Part shown: positions 48,144-60,382 of the stretch, in pieces
Numbering within the stretch: position 1 is the first letter of the stretch
Layout of the letters: each line of letters begins with the position of its first letter
Assembly: GCA_963737265.1 (NCBI GenBank)
Contig: CAVTRY010000021.1
Span: 256,001 to 320,000, forward strand
Source of the DNA: an uncultured delta proteobacterium
GTDB taxonomy: Bacteria; Myxococcota_A; Polyangia; Fen-1088
DNA: 64,000 bases
Direction: 5' to 3'
The notes under the pieces: generated by a model
Told to the model about the DNA's origin: nothing
Database searches by the model: none
The model's input: the letters and a program-made list of their open reading frames with translations, nothing else
Position numbers and translations under genes: made by a program

Positions 48144-48848
48144 ATGCCTGCCGAGACACCCCAAACCTCCCACAGCTCGCTCCGCTTTCTTGCCGCCAGC
48201 GCGGTCACGTTCCTGCTGTTCCTCATCGCGTGCAATGCCATCGCCGACGCACCGCGGGAGATCACCATGGGTTTCGTGCAGAAGATCTTCTACTTCCACG
48301 TACCGTGCGCCTGGCTGCTGATGCTTTCCACCCTGGTGTGCGCGGGGGGAAGTGTCGCGTATCTTTTCGGTGGTTCGGAACGGGGCGACCGCGTCGCCCT
48401 TTCCGCGGCCGAGCTGGGCGTGCTTTTCGGCATGTGCGTGCTGGTCTCCGGCCCGCTGTGGGCCAAGGCGGCGTGGGGCGTGTTTTGGCAGTGGGAAGCC
48501 CGGTTGACGTCGTCGCTGCTTTTGTGGTTGATGCTGCTGGCCTACGTTCTCGCGCGCCGCTATGGCGGCCCGTCGGCGCGGCGCCTGGCCGCGGCCCTGG
48601 CGCTGTTCGCGGCCATCGACACCCCGCTGGTCTATTTCAGCGTGCGCTTTTTCCGCAGCATTCATCCCAGCAACACGGTGGTGTCTACCCTTGGTCCGGG
48701 CATGCGCGGCGCTTTCTGGCTGTCCTTGCTTGCCTTCACCGCCCTGTGGGCGGTGCTGCTGACCGCACGTCTAGCCGTGGAAAGCGCTCAAGCGCGTCTG
48801 GTGGACCTGGAAATCGAGCTCGACCAAGCCGAGGAGAAAAGAACATGA
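48144..48848 (+). CDS. ccmC: Heme exporter CcmC
   Basis: QKIFYFHVP, GPLWAKAAWGVFWQWEARLT (WWD motif), SIHP. Confidence 0.9.
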   Translation: MPAETPQTSHSSLRFLAASAVTFLLFLIACNAIADAPREITMGFVQKIFYFHVPCAWLLMLSTLVCAGGSVAYLFGGSERGDRVALSAAELGVLFGMCVLVSGPLWAKAAWGVFWQWEARLTSSLLLWLMLLAYVLARRYGGPSARRLAAALALFAAIDTPLVYFSVRFFRSIHPSNTVVSTLGPGMRGAFWLSLLAFTALWAVLLTARLAVESAQARLVDLEIELDQAEEKRT

Positions 48849-48982
48849 AGATGGTGGCACTTGCCTACGGGTTCATCTGGCTGGCCGTGTTCGGCTATGT
48901 TTTCCTGGTCGGCCGGCGCCTGGGCAGATTGAATGGCGAGCTGGACGAGCTGCGCCGCCGCATCGAGCGGCTAAAGTCGTAG
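48845..48982 (+). CDS. ccmD: CcmD family protein
   Basis: MKMVALAYGFIWLAVFGYVFLVGRRLGRL..., single TM plus basic coiled tail; ATGA overlap with ccmC. Confidence 0.8.
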   Translation: MKMVALAYGFIWLAVFGYVFLVGRRLGRLNGELDELRRRIERLKS

Positions 48983-49023
48983 CCCGTAGATGGGTGCACT
49001 ATAACTAGCGCCGTCGTCACACG

Positions 49024-49668
49024 ATGCCGCGTCCCCTAGTTATTTTCGATTTCGACGGAACCATCGCCGATTCGCTGGTGGAATCGCTGGCGGCGTACAA
49101 CCGCGTGGCCCCCCGGCTGCGCCTGCGAGCGGTGCAAGACGGCGAAGTCCCGGCATTGCGCCGGATGGGGGTGGGGCAGCTCATGCACTTGCTCGGGATT
49201 CCCATGTGGAAACTGCCGCGCTTGATGATCGCCGTGCGCGCCGATTTGCACGAGCACTTCCATTCCGTGGAGCCCATCGCCGGCATTGCCGAGGCGCTGC
49301 GCGCGCTCAGCGCGGCGGGCTGCTGCCTTGCCATGGTGACATCGAATTCCGAAGCGAATGTCCGGCAGTTCTTGGCCCGTCACCGGATTGCCGATTTCCA
49401 AACCATCGCTGCCGGTTCGAGCATCTTCGGCAAGGCGACGCGGCTGCGCCGACTGATCAAGGCTGCGCGCGCGCAGCAGGCCGCGACCTTCTACGTCGGC
49501 GACACCCTGCCCGACATCCACGCCGCGCGCGAAGCGGGCACGTCCGCGATCGCGGTTGCGTGGGGCTTCAACGATCGTGCACTGCTGGCGGCCGAGGCCC
49601 CGGACGCCTTGGTCGAGTCCACCCAGCATCTCGCGGCGGCGATCCATCGCTTGCTTGCGGTCGAGTAA
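49024..49668 (+). CDS. HAD-family phosphatase
   Basis: IFDFDGTIADS, VTSN, YVGDTLPDI. Confidence 0.9.
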   Translation: MPRPLVIFDFDGTIADSLVESLAAYNRVAPRLRLRAVQDGEVPALRRMGVGQLMHLLGIPMWKLPRLMIAVRADLHEHFHSVEPIAGIAEALRALSAAGCCLAMVTSNSEANVRQFLARHRIADFQTIAAGSSIFGKATRLRRLIKAARAQQAATFYVGDTLPDIHAAREAGTSAIAVAWGFNDRALLAAEAPDALVESTQHLAAAIHRLLAVE

Positions 49669-49768
49669 ATCCTTCTTCCGCACCGCGCGTTTGTTCTGGG
49701 CGCCTCCTCCGCTTTTCCACCGTCGCACAGCCTGGTTTCTGCTAGTTATGATTGCCAGGAGAACCGTC

Positions 49769-50770
49769 ATGCGAAGACTGAGCGCGCTCGTCACAGGCCT
49801 TGTTGTTTGGGTCGTGCTTTCGGCCACCGCGCACGCCAAAGTCGTGGAGTATCTGTCGCAACATCCGGTGCCCCATAAGTTCGGCGGCGGGTTCTGTTAC
49901 ATCGACGTGCCGCATGTGCACAACTACGGCCCGGCGGATCCGCGCATGTACCGCGAAAACAACGGGCAGTTTTATTTCGTCGGCGACCCGGCGCCCTTCG
50001 ACTACGATGGCCCTCGCTACACCTACTACGGCGGGCATCCCATCCCCGAAGCCGAAAGCCGCCTCGGCCATCCGGCGTATTGCTACATCCAAGGCCCGCA
50101 CTACCACTGGTATCAGCCACCGGCGCAGGCCCAGTTTCAATTGTCCGGCGGCGCCTACTGGTACGTCGGAACCTATCCACCGGCTTACTACGACGAGCGT
50201 CCCCGCTACGCCACGATCAACGAAGCCTACGCGCCCATCCCGTATGCGCGACCCGTGGTCGACGTGCAAGTCGCCCCGGTCGGGTTCCGCGGCGAGATTT
50301 CCGTGGGCGGGCCAGGATGGCGCGCGGGCGCGGTGGTGGGCGGACCTCCCGCTCCGGTCTACCCGCCGCCGCCCCCGGGGCCAGCGGTACAAATCGGCGT
50401 CGGCATCAACCTCGGCGGCGGGCCCTCGGGCGTGGTCGAGCGCCGGGAGATCATCGAACGTCGCGAGATTATCGACGAGCGACATCACCACGATCGTGGG
50501 CGCCACGAGGGCTGGCGCGACGAACCTCGCTTTCGCGAGCGTCCGCGCTACGAACCGCCCAGGCACGAACCGGGGCCGATGCAATTTTCTCACCCCGGCC
50601 GCGGCCCCGCGCGCGAGGCGATCGCACCGTCGCGGCTTGCTCACCCGGGCCACGGTCCCGTGCAAAACGCGATTCATCGATCGGCACCGCAAAATCCGGG
50701 GCCGACCCGCGGTCCCGCACCTGTGCCCGCGCAAAGCCATGACGACCACCACCAGAACCGGCAACGCTAA
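49769..50770 (+). CDS. Secreted hypothetical protein with a duplicated His/Cys motif and Pro/His-rich tail
   Basis: AGGAG RBS; signal peptide ending AHA; two HPxP...CYIxxPHxHxYxP units. Confidence 0.7.
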   Translation: MRRLSALVTGLVVWVVLSATAHAKVVEYLSQHPVPHKFGGGFCYIDVPHVHNYGPADPRMYRENNGQFYFVGDPAPFDYDGPRYTYYGGHPIPEAESRLGHPAYCYIQGPHYHWYQPPAQAQFQLSGGAYWYVGTYPPAYYDERPRYATINEAYAPIPYARPVVDVQVAPVGFRGEISVGGPGWRAGAVVGGPPAPVYPPPPPGPAVQIGVGINLGGGPSGVVERREIIERREIIDERHHHDRGRHEGWRDEPRFRERPRYEPPRHEPGPMQFSHPGRGPAREAIAPSRLAHPGHGPVQNAIHRSAPQNPGPTRGPAPVPAQSHDDHHQNRQR

Positions 50771-50785
50771 CCAGAGGCTCAGGTC

Positions 50786-51238
50786 ATGAAGCTTTCTTGC
50801 TCGATTCTCGCAACGATTTTGACCGCCCTTCCGGCATGCCACAAGAACAAGGCCGCTGGCGAAGCACCCGCCGCAGTCGCCACTTCGCATGTTCGGGGCA
50901 CCCCGCACACCGATGAAGTTCTAGACGCCTGGCGCGGCGCCGGACTGGCGCCGGAGGGATTCGTCGCCGAGCAGCCCGCTCCCTACAGCGCGGCGTACTG
51001 CGAGCACGGCAAGGTTCATGGCGTCGACACGCTGGTGTGCGAATACGCCAGCGACGATGCCCTGGCTCGCGGCACGCAACAGGTGAAGGACGAATGGGTG
51101 CGCACCGATGCGCACACCGGCGTCATCATGCATGCGAAACGTACCACGATGGTCACGGTGGATCGCGAGCGCCGCGAACCGAGCGGCAAGACGATCAGCC
51201 AAATGGCGAAGGTGTTCGGCAAACTTCCGGCGCTATGA
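50786..51238 (+). CDS. Hypothetical lipoprotein
   Basis: Signal peptide with LPAC; same-strand cluster. Confidence 0.65.
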   Translation: MKLSCSILATILTALPACHKNKAAGEAPAAVATSHVRGTPHTDEVLDAWRGAGLAPEGFVAEQPAPYSAAYCEHGKVHGVDTLVCEYASDDALARGTQQVKDEWVRTDAHTGVIMHAKRTTMVTVDRERREPSGKTISQMAKVFGKLPAL

Positions 51239-51909
51239 CTGCGTTCGTCCTGCTCCTCGCCAGCTTGCTTTCTGCGGAGACCGCCGCCGCCCCCAAGGTC
51301 GAGCTGTGGGCGGGTCACGAAGTTCTGAGCGGCAAACGCAAGATTCCCATTTACGGCGAAAAAGAAACCCATACCGAGAACTACGTCCTCGCCGAGGTCC
51401 AGCGCACCCCGTCCGGCATCGACATCCGGCAAAAGACCTGCCTTATCGACGTTCGCCCGCTCAAGGGCGTGACCCCGGTGATGAAACCAGAAACCGTCTC
51501 GCACTTTCCTAGGGCGCACATCGTGCTCGAAAAGAAGGAAGACGGCACCCTCCGCGCAGCCCCGTGGACGACAAGTTGGGGCGCCGAGGACATCGACGGC
51601 GACGGATTTCCGGGCGCCACCGTGCAAATCACGGGCACGAGCTGCTCCGGCGATCTCTATGTTGCCAGTCAATCGGTGACGTCGCTCCTCGCCGGACACC
51701 TGACCGAAGATGGTGCCGCTGGTGAAATATCGGTGCACCTCAAGCAGAAGATTCTCGGCGCGCGCGGTTTCTGTCTCAAGCTGATGGCAGGCGACAGCGA
51801 CGACACCCAGACGGGATCGTTCGCCTACCGTCGCGTGGAACCCGGAACCACTTGCAAATCGCTCGCGGCCGCTGCCTGGCCGGTGCACGCCAAGCCAGCC
51901 GCCAAATAA
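51235..51909 (+). CDS. Hypothetical exported protein
   Basis: ATGA overlap; signal peptide; EDIDGDGFPG motif. Confidence 0.65.
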   Translation: MTAFVLLLASLLSAETAAAPKVELWAGHEVLSGKRKIPIYGEKETHTENYVLAEVQRTPSGIDIRQKTCLIDVRPLKGVTPVMKPETVSHFPRAHIVLEKKEDGTLRAAPWTTSWGAEDIDGDGFPGATVQITGTSCSGDLYVASQSVTSLLAGHLTEDGAAGEISVHLKQKILGARGFCLKLMAGDSDDTQTGSFAYRRVEPGTTCKSLAAAAWPVHAKPAAK

Positions 51910-52064
51910 AAAGGGACCGGCCGCTTTCAGCCGATCCACCTCCGCTCCGGCGCCAAGAGAAAAGCCAACCAACATTCCGAGAAGATGGTTCGGCTTTCGA
52001 TCTGGCAGCTCGATGGTGTCCCGACAACCCGCTTCCGTGCCGACATGGAAGAGCACGCGCAGCT

Positions 52065-53303
52065 TTAGGGGCTGGACGGATACACGATTTGAATGCCGTT
52101 GATCGGAGCACGCACGGTCTGATAGAGCGACGATCCCGGCGTTGCCTTCAAGGTGAAGCTGGTTCCGGTCACGCTCTTGAACACCACATAGTTTCCCGCG
52201 CCGGCTTCAGGCGCCAGTGTATAGCCTGAGAAACTCGTGACCAGTGGTGGTTCCGTCTGAGTCACGGTATGGGTCGTCGAGCCGATCGTGTATTGGTACG
52301 TCCGCGTATCTGCCCAGGTCATGTCCCCGAAGCAATAGACATAGACGTCGTAGCCACTGCTCATCGGGCTGGCCAAACCGGTCACGCTGACCGTCGCTGG
52401 CGAGGCAGTCGCCCTGGGATCGAGGTAGCCATTCATCATGCGCACGTCGCCCGGGGCATCGGCGAAGGACAGTGTCCAAGTGGCCCAGGTTTCGTTGGCC
52501 GCCACGGGCGAGTTCCAGACAGCGGACGCGGACGTGGCGGTGCCGTCTGCCAATTTCAGCGATGCCAGCGTGCCTGCATTGCCTTCGGCGCTGTTCCAGT
52601 TCGCGGCCGGCCTGTACCCGGCGGTTTCGGTGGCGGCCATCGCGACCGTCCCGGTGGTTCCAGAATCGACAGGCGGCGTCCCGCCCACGAAGTCAATGCT
52701 GATGATCATGGGCGCAATCGCAGCGTCCGCCACAATGCCGCCCGTTCCACCATTGCCGCCCGCTCCACCTGTCCCGGCACCGCCAGAACCACCGGTCCCC
52801 AGATCCGGCGACCGACTGATATCGGCCGCAGCGTCCATCCCGCCATCCCGAGACAAAGCCGAGTCGGCCGATGTTCCCGCGTCCACCGCAAAAGTCCCCC
52901 CCGTGCCGCCCATCGCCTGGTCCCTGGGCAGATTGCTGTCGGCAAATGGCGGAATGTCGACGCCACCATCTCCAGCCGATCCGGCCCCGGCCTCCGCGTC
53001 CAGCGCCCCACCCATCGCGGTTCCGCCGGTTCCTCCCATCGACGTCAAACCGCCCATCCCACCCATCGCTATCCCGCCCGTCGTCGCACCAGCCGTTGCA
53101 ACGCTGCCTCCCGCAGCGCCCTGTCCGCCGGCCGGATCCTCTCCCGTTCCGCCCCCTGCTGCAGCCGCCGAAACTGCCCCAGCGCTCGCGTCACCGGCAC
53201 TGATCATCCCCTGCCATGGTGGCGTGAGGTTAACGCAGGCTGCGAACAGAAGCGACGCGGCAACAATCGACGAGACTCCTAAAAATGGGCGAGGCAAGTC
53301 CAT
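52065..53303 (-). CDS. Gly-rich lipoprotein with C-terminal beta-sandwich-like domain
   Basis: Lipobox FAAC; long GGxGG linker; ISIDFVG...NWN...MMNGYLD...YDVYVY...APINGIQIV. Confidence 0.7.
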   Translation of the reverse strand: MDLPRPFLGVSSIVAASLLFAACVNLTPPWQGMISAGDASAGAVSAAAAGGGTGEDPAGGQGAAGGSVATAGATTGGIAMGGMGGLTSMGGTGGTAMGGALDAEAGAGSAGDGGVDIPPFADSNLPRDQAMGGTGGTFAVDAGTSADSALSRDGGMDAAADISRSPDLGTGGSGGAGTGGAGGNGGTGGIVADAAIAPMIISIDFVGGTPPVDSGTTGTVAMAATETAGYRPAANWNSAEGNAGTLASLKLADGTATSASAVWNSPVAANETWATWTLSFADAPGDVRMMNGYLDPRATASPATVSVTGLASPMSSGYDVYVYCFGDMTWADTRTYQYTIGSTTHTVTQTEPPLVTSFSGYTLAPEAGAGNYVVFKSVTGTSFTLKATPGSSLYQTVRAPINGIQIVYPSSP

Positions 53304-53454
53304 CTTGGTATAGATGTGCCCGGGCGCCGAAAACCCTCTATCGAACCTTTGGACACCTCCCTTTGGACACTTCGCCGGTTGTCTTGAGGTCTTGCCTTCC
53401 CTCTATGCGTCAACAGCCCTGGCGTGGATCCTCCTCCGTTCCGGTATCCCGCAA

Positions 53455-54763
<1,309 letters not shown>

Positions 54764-54891
54764 TTACTCCTGCCCGGCCAGCGCGGCAGCGAGAAAACCG
54801 GCAAAAGCGCATTACCTTCGCACCATGAGAATGTCCTCGAAGATTGCGACGGTTCCATTTCAGTTGGTGCCGACACCCCTCGCGAGCATCG

Positions 54892-57142
54892 TCAATTGTC
54901 GAGCGAGGCGAGCTTGCACTCCTCGTCGAGCGAGAAGCCGAGGTCACGCAAGAGCTTGGTCGCCTCCTTGCGGCCTTCCTCCGTCACCACAAAACAGCCG
55001 GGCGCGAGCGCGCCCTTGAGGAAGGGCCGCAGCCGTTCGCTTCGCCGCAGAGCCTCGAATGCCTTGGGGTCGCCTACCTGCAGCAGCACCACACCGTCGA
55101 GAAATGCTTTGCCGCGCCCGCCCGCCCAGTTCCTGATCGCGGTCGCAAGGACCGGCGCAACATCGTGGCTCATGTGCGCCGTTAGCCAGCCGAAAATTTG
55201 ATCCGACGAGACACCCAGTTCCTTTGCGGCCCGCACGGACTCGGCGGTGATCCGCCACTTTCCGTCAAGCGGTTCGGCAAAGCGCCGCAGGCGGGCCATG
55301 CCGACGAGCGATACCATCTTGCCGAACGACACCGTCCCATGCTCATCGACCTTCCAGTCTTTATTCATGGCCTCGGATTCGACGGCGATTCCAATGTCCT
55401 TGGCCGTTTTGCCAGCGGCCCGGGACGACGCGACGACAAAGGACTTGCCCACGGGGCGACCGCGTATGGAGCTCTGTCCGTCAGGTAGTCCGGCAGCCAG
55501 AGCCACGGAGGTACGAACCACGACTGCCTCGCGCTTGCGCGACCACTCGGCGAGAGAATGCGCAATGTTGGCCGGGACGCCGTTGCGGCTCCTCGATGAA
55601 AGGAAGGACTCGATCTCCGCCAGGGCCATCCCTGCCTCGAGAGCCGCGTAGACGGAATCGCGGGCGAGCTTGAAGATCTGCACGACTCCGGTGGCCGACT
55701 CGCGCGCGGCGATGCGACCCAACGTAGTCACAGCCCGACCATCGGCGGCGTCGAGGTACAGCAGGATCTCATGGTTCGCTTGGACGGTGAGGCAGCGCAC
55801 GTCGCCAGCGGCCTTCTCCGTCCGCACTTCGGGGGCGCCAAAGACTGCTTTGCCCACCTCGGTCAGGCGGAAGCACCAGCGCTCAGAGCGGACGCCCCCA
55901 CTTCGACCACGCTCGACAACGCCCAGATGGGCCATGGTGGAAAGCAGCGCGTTGGCGGCCCAGATGCCCTCGTCGTCCATCCAATAGGCGCGCGAGCGTT
56001 CGAAGCCGCTTGGCAGCTTGTCCTTGCCCGTAGGAGTGGCGAGGCGCGGCTGCCACGCATACCCGTGCCAATAGAACGACAGTCCGTCCTCTCCGGTGAC
56101 CTTGTAGAGGTCGAGGAGGAAGGTCTCCAGGTCGAGCCAGTCCATCTGGCTGTGCGCGATTCGCGCAAGCGCCCACACCAGGAGATCCCGAGCCTTGCGC
56201 ATGGAGCTCAGGTCGATGCGGGTAGATACGTCTCGATTGTCGCGTTCCGGCACCGCCCCGATCCCGTCCTGCCAAGTCCGCAGCGTTAGCCAGGCGCGCA
56301 CGTACCTGGACGCCTGCTCCTCGTGGGAGAGATTCGCCAGCGCCTCGACTTGCTCTGGGATGAGCCAACCCTCTGCATCGTTAGTTTCGGCCACTCCCAT
56401 GGCACACAGCAGCGTGTAGTCGAGCACGACTCGATCGGGCGGCTCGAGAGGATCTCCGGACTGCGGCGGAAGGAGCTTGGCCAGCCTGTTTCGGACCGCC
56501 GCAGGCAGAGCGCCGCCCCGATTCACCTTCCAGCCGTCTTGGGCCCGGAGCGCTCGCGCGGTCTGCTCGAGGTCAATCAGGACCTGGGCGGGAGCACGAT
56601 GGGCCGTGGATTCGGGGGCCTTGTCGAGCGGCGCCGACGCCTTCCAGTTCGAGCGCCGCGGCCGGCTCGATGTGTGATGCCAGGCGGCCGGGCAACGACA
56701 CACTCGAGTACCCCCGCGAGGATTCGAACGACCATCGGTCTTGGTAGCCGCCGATGAGGACGAGGTTCTGGCATAGGTCGTCCACCAGATCCGCTTCCCG
56801 GCGGTAGTAGTGCAGATCGCCCTTCGCTTCCTTCACGAGGCCTCTGGCGAGAAGCTCTTGCCGCAGAAGCGCACCCGAAATGGACCCTCCGTAGCGCCGG
56901 ACAACCGTCAGAACTGCCCGCTGCTCGGGCCGGAGCGCCGCCACGACCTGGGCGACACGCTTGGGGTCGCGCCAGGCCGACTTGAGCCGTTCGATGCATA
57001 GGGCTTTGGCCTGGGAGCCGGTCCACTTGCCTGCCCAGAAGCGCGCGGCTTTTTGCGCCGCGGTCGAGTGGAGATCGTCGAGGTTCGGCTCGACCGAATC
57101 GAGGCTCGCAGCCAGAACGAAGGGGAGAGTTGATTTGGTCAC
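54892..57142 (-). CDS. XPB-associated helicase-associated-domain protein (frameshift near 56650)
   Basis: GTG 57142 overlaps the upstream stop; LTVQANHEI, FKLARDSVYAALEAG...VPANIAHSLAEW and a second ITAESVRAA...IRNW unit (Helicase_C_3-like). Confidence 0.75.
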
Positions 57143-57396
57143 GGCTCGACCCCCTTCGCCGTTCGTGGGGTGTGCCCTGCCGCCCTGAGCGCCTTGACGA
57201 GCTCTTCCTCTGCGCCGGGGTCGATGAGCGCGACCGTGTCGGAGAGCCGAGCGAGCAGGTGCCTGCCGATCTTGGGGTCGCGGCTGATCTCGACGAGCTG
57301 TGCCAGATCCTGGACCTCGAGGAGCGCGGCATGGGCGAGAACCGCGGGCTGGTCGGGCTCGAGCGGCGGTAGAATTCGATCGAGAGGGTGCTTCAT
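57139..57396 (-). CDS. Small hypothetical protein in the XPB operon
   Basis: Start and stop overlap both neighbours; LLEVQD...LARLSDTVALID...LRAAGHTP resembles the tail of the downstream protein. Confidence 0.65.
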   Translation of the reverse strand: MKHPLDRILPPLEPDQPAVLAHAALLEVQDLAQLVEISRDPKIGRHLLARLSDTVALIDPGAEEELVKALRAAGHTPRTAKGVEP

Positions 57397-59079
57397 GAAT
57401 GCGTGGCTCCTTGGGCGATCTCGATCCGGTAGGAATAGCCCTGCTCGGTGAGGAACAGCTGGCGGTGGTGGGCGAATTCCTCCTCCCGGGTGTCGCGCGA
57501 GACGAGCGAGAAAAAGTGAGCCGTCCGGCCGTCGGCCTTGGGGCGCAGGATGCGGCCGAGGCGCTGAGCCTCCTCCTGGCGGGAGCCGAACAGGCCCGAA
57601 ACCTGGATGAGCACGTCAGCGTCCGGGAGATCGATGGCGAAGTTGCCCACCTTGGACAGGACCATGTGGCGAACCTCACCTTTCCGGAAGCGATCAGTAA
57701 AGTTGCTCGCGCTCGACCTGCGGCGTCTTGCCGGTCACCAGCGGGGCGGATAGCTCCCGTGCAAGCTGCTCGAGCTGAGTGATGTACTCGCCGATGATCA
57801 GTACCCGGCCCTCGGGGCACCGGTCGAGAATCGAGCGGACGTGGCCGACCTTCGCCGGGTTCTCGGCGGCCACGCGGAACTGCGCGCGGCGCTCGGCCAG
57901 CGCGTACTCCATCCGGCGCTCTTCGGACATGGGAACGCGCACCTCGGTGCAGACCGCGGTGGCGATCCAGGCGCGCTGCTCGAGGTCGCGCCAGGGAACG
58001 TCGTACCGCTTGGGGCCGATGAGCGCGAACACGTCCCCCTCGCGGCCGTCCTCGCGGACCAGCGTCGCGGTCAGGCCCAGGCGACGCCGCGCTTGCAGTT
58101 CAGCCGTCACGCGGAAGACCGGTGCCGGCAGCAAGTGGACCTCGTCGTAGATGATGAGGCCCCAGGATCGAGCCTGGAACAACGACAGATGCGGAAAATC
58201 TCCGTCCCGACTTGGCCTCCACGTGAGTACCTGGTAGGTCGAGAGCGTCACTGGGCCGGTTGCTTTAGCTTCGCCGGTGTACTCGGCGATCGCATCGTTT
58301 GCCAGGCTCGTCTTGTCGACAAGCTCGCGCCGCCACTGCTTCACCGACGTGAGACTGGTGGTGAGCACCAGCGTCGTCTGACCCACCGCCGCCATGGCAA
58401 CCATGCCGACGATGGTCTTGCCCGCCCCGCAGGGCAGCACGATGACGCCGCTGCCTCCACGCTCCGACCCGGCAAGGTAGAAGGCGTTCGCTGCCTCGCG
58501 CTGGTAGTCGCGCACGTCGAATGCCATTCCCGAAAGGCACCGATCTCGAAGAGCGACCTGCAGCTCGTCGCCCGTCACGTAGCCAGCGAGATCCTCGGCC
58601 GGGAATCCCGCCGCGACCAGCGCTTGCTTGAGCACGCCGCGCATCGCTGGGGACACGCGGAAATGCGTCGCATCGCTTCGATCCGCAAGGATTGCGCCCG
58701 CGGCCTTGTCTCTCGCGAGCCGCTCGGCCGTCGTCCGGTCTTGGCAGGTGCAGACAAGCGCGTCGCCTTCCTTGGTGAGCACCACGCGTCCGTAGCGCGC
58801 GGCGAGCTCGCCCACTTCGGCGACGACGTTGTCGGGGACCGGGTACTTCGCGTGCTCCCGGAGTGCGGCAATCATCGCGGCCCCGGGTAACCCGGCCGAT
58901 CGCGCGTTCCAGATCGAGAGCGGCGTCAGCCGGTAGGTGTGCACGTGCTCCGGGCTCTTGACGAGCTCGGCGAATGGTGCGAGCGCCTCGCGCGCAGCCT
59001 CGGCCCCGGGTGAGTGAACCTCGAGGAGTACGGTATAGTCGCTCTGGACGATGAGCGCGTTTTCGGGAACGACCGCCAT
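57393..59079 (-). CDS. XPB/Ssl2-like DNA helicase (frameshift near 57696)
   Basis: LIVQSD, FAELVKSPEHVHTYRLTPLSIWNA, LPCGAGKT, DEVH, LGLTAT, QEEAQRLGRILR. Confidence 0.92.
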
Positions 59080-59141
59080 GCACTACGCCTCGGCTGATTG
59101 TGGGCCAACCGTCTTTGCTTCGACTGGCCGGGATGTTGCGG

Positions 59142-59726
59142 TCAGCCTTCGATTTTGCAGTCGACGGCGGTCGCGACCTCGACCTCTTCGGGATTGGACC
59201 ACGCGCCGGTGGACAGCCAGCGCACGCGCGTTCCACCGAGCTTGCCGATGCCTTTGATCTGGCAGCGAGCAGTGAAGCGCTTGAGCTGATCGCGCGGCTT
59301 GCTGGTGGGCGGCTCGGAATTGTAGCGGTCTTGAATGGCCTTCTGAAGGAAGAGTCCAGGGATGAGGTAGAGGTGCCGGTCCACCGTATAGAACGGCTTA
59401 AGCTTGTTCTGCTCGTCGCCGTGCCATGGCATGTTTTCGTCGGAAAAACCGCAGCGGTAGGGTTCGATGCCGGTGGCGGCTGAGCAGTCGACGTCGGCGC
59501 GATCCGAGGTCACAAGCGTGATGTCCACGGTGCCGGCCGCTGCCGACGACGGGGTCTTTCGCGGTACGGCCAGCGCCACGCCCAGAACGACGACAGCGCC
59601 CACGCCAAGACCGATGAAGACCCGGCGGCGGGAGGCATTGGCTGGCGGCGTGGCCGGCGCTCCCTGCGCTTCCGCACCCGCTGCTTGTGGTTCGGCGTGT
59701 TCCTGCTTCTCGTTTTCGCTCTCCAC
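59142..59726 (-). CDS. Hypothetical single-pass membrane protein with Cys-containing ectodomain
   Basis: TM VFIGLGVGAVVVLGVALAV; ITLVTSDRADVDC...RFTARC; start inferred. Confidence 0.65.
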   Translation of the reverse strand: MESENEKQEHAEPQAAGAEAQGAPATPPANASRRRVFIGLGVGAVVVLGVALAVPRKTPSSAAAGTVDITLVTSDRADVDCSAATGIEPYRCGFSDENMPWHGDEQNKLKPFYTVDRHLYLIPGLFLQKAIQDRYNSEPPTSKPRDQLKRFTARCQIKGIGKLGGTRVRWLSTGAWSNPEEVEVATAVDCKIEG

Positions 59727-59931
59727 GTTGGGTAATCCTTTCGTCTCGGAATTGCAGCGTGCCGCTGGACTGACCGTCAGTCCGCGGCCCCACCAAGTCG
59801 TGGGGGATGCCTTCGGGTTTCCTCCGCATCCACCGGAAGGGTACTCAGGAAAGACGCGTTTGGGAATGGTGTAATGTGGGCGGAAGACGCCGTTACGCTT
59901 CGCCGCCGCGGGGCATGATGGGCGCCGCGCG

Positions 59932-60374
59932 ATGGAAAACACGCCGCCAAAAAGAGCCCCGGCCGCACCGAAATTCGATTGGTGCGGCTTCACGATCGGC
60001 GCACTTTGTGTCGGCCTCGCCTGCCTGGGTGTGGTCTGGCGCCTGGTCGTCCTCGACTACCCGCGGACCTTCATGCGTTTTCGGCAAAGACGCGCAGCCA
60101 GGCCTTGGCCATCGCCACCATGGCGGCGCTCATGCTGCCGTTCATCCTCACCCACCGGCAGTCCTATATCTTCCACTACCTCGGCGCCTACGGCCTCGGC
60201 CTTGGGCTGCTGGCGTTTAGGTTGGTTCGGCTAGAGAAGCGCTCGCCGCGCGTGGTGTTGACGTTCCTCGTCTGCGCCACCTGCGTCTCGCTGCTCTACC
60301 TTCCGCTGTGGACCGGTGCCCCGATCAGCACGCAAGGGTTTCTGTGGCGACTGCCGTTCCCGGGCTGGCGCTAG
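59932..60374 (+). pseudogene. Probable PMT-like (protein O-mannosyltransferase) glycosyltransferase with most of the middle missing
   Basis: N-terminal TM + RLVVLDYPRTFM in one frame; C-terminal HRQSYIFHYL...YLPLWTGAPIS...RLPFPGW in another. Confidence 0.55.
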
Positions 60375-60382
60375 CCGCGTCG

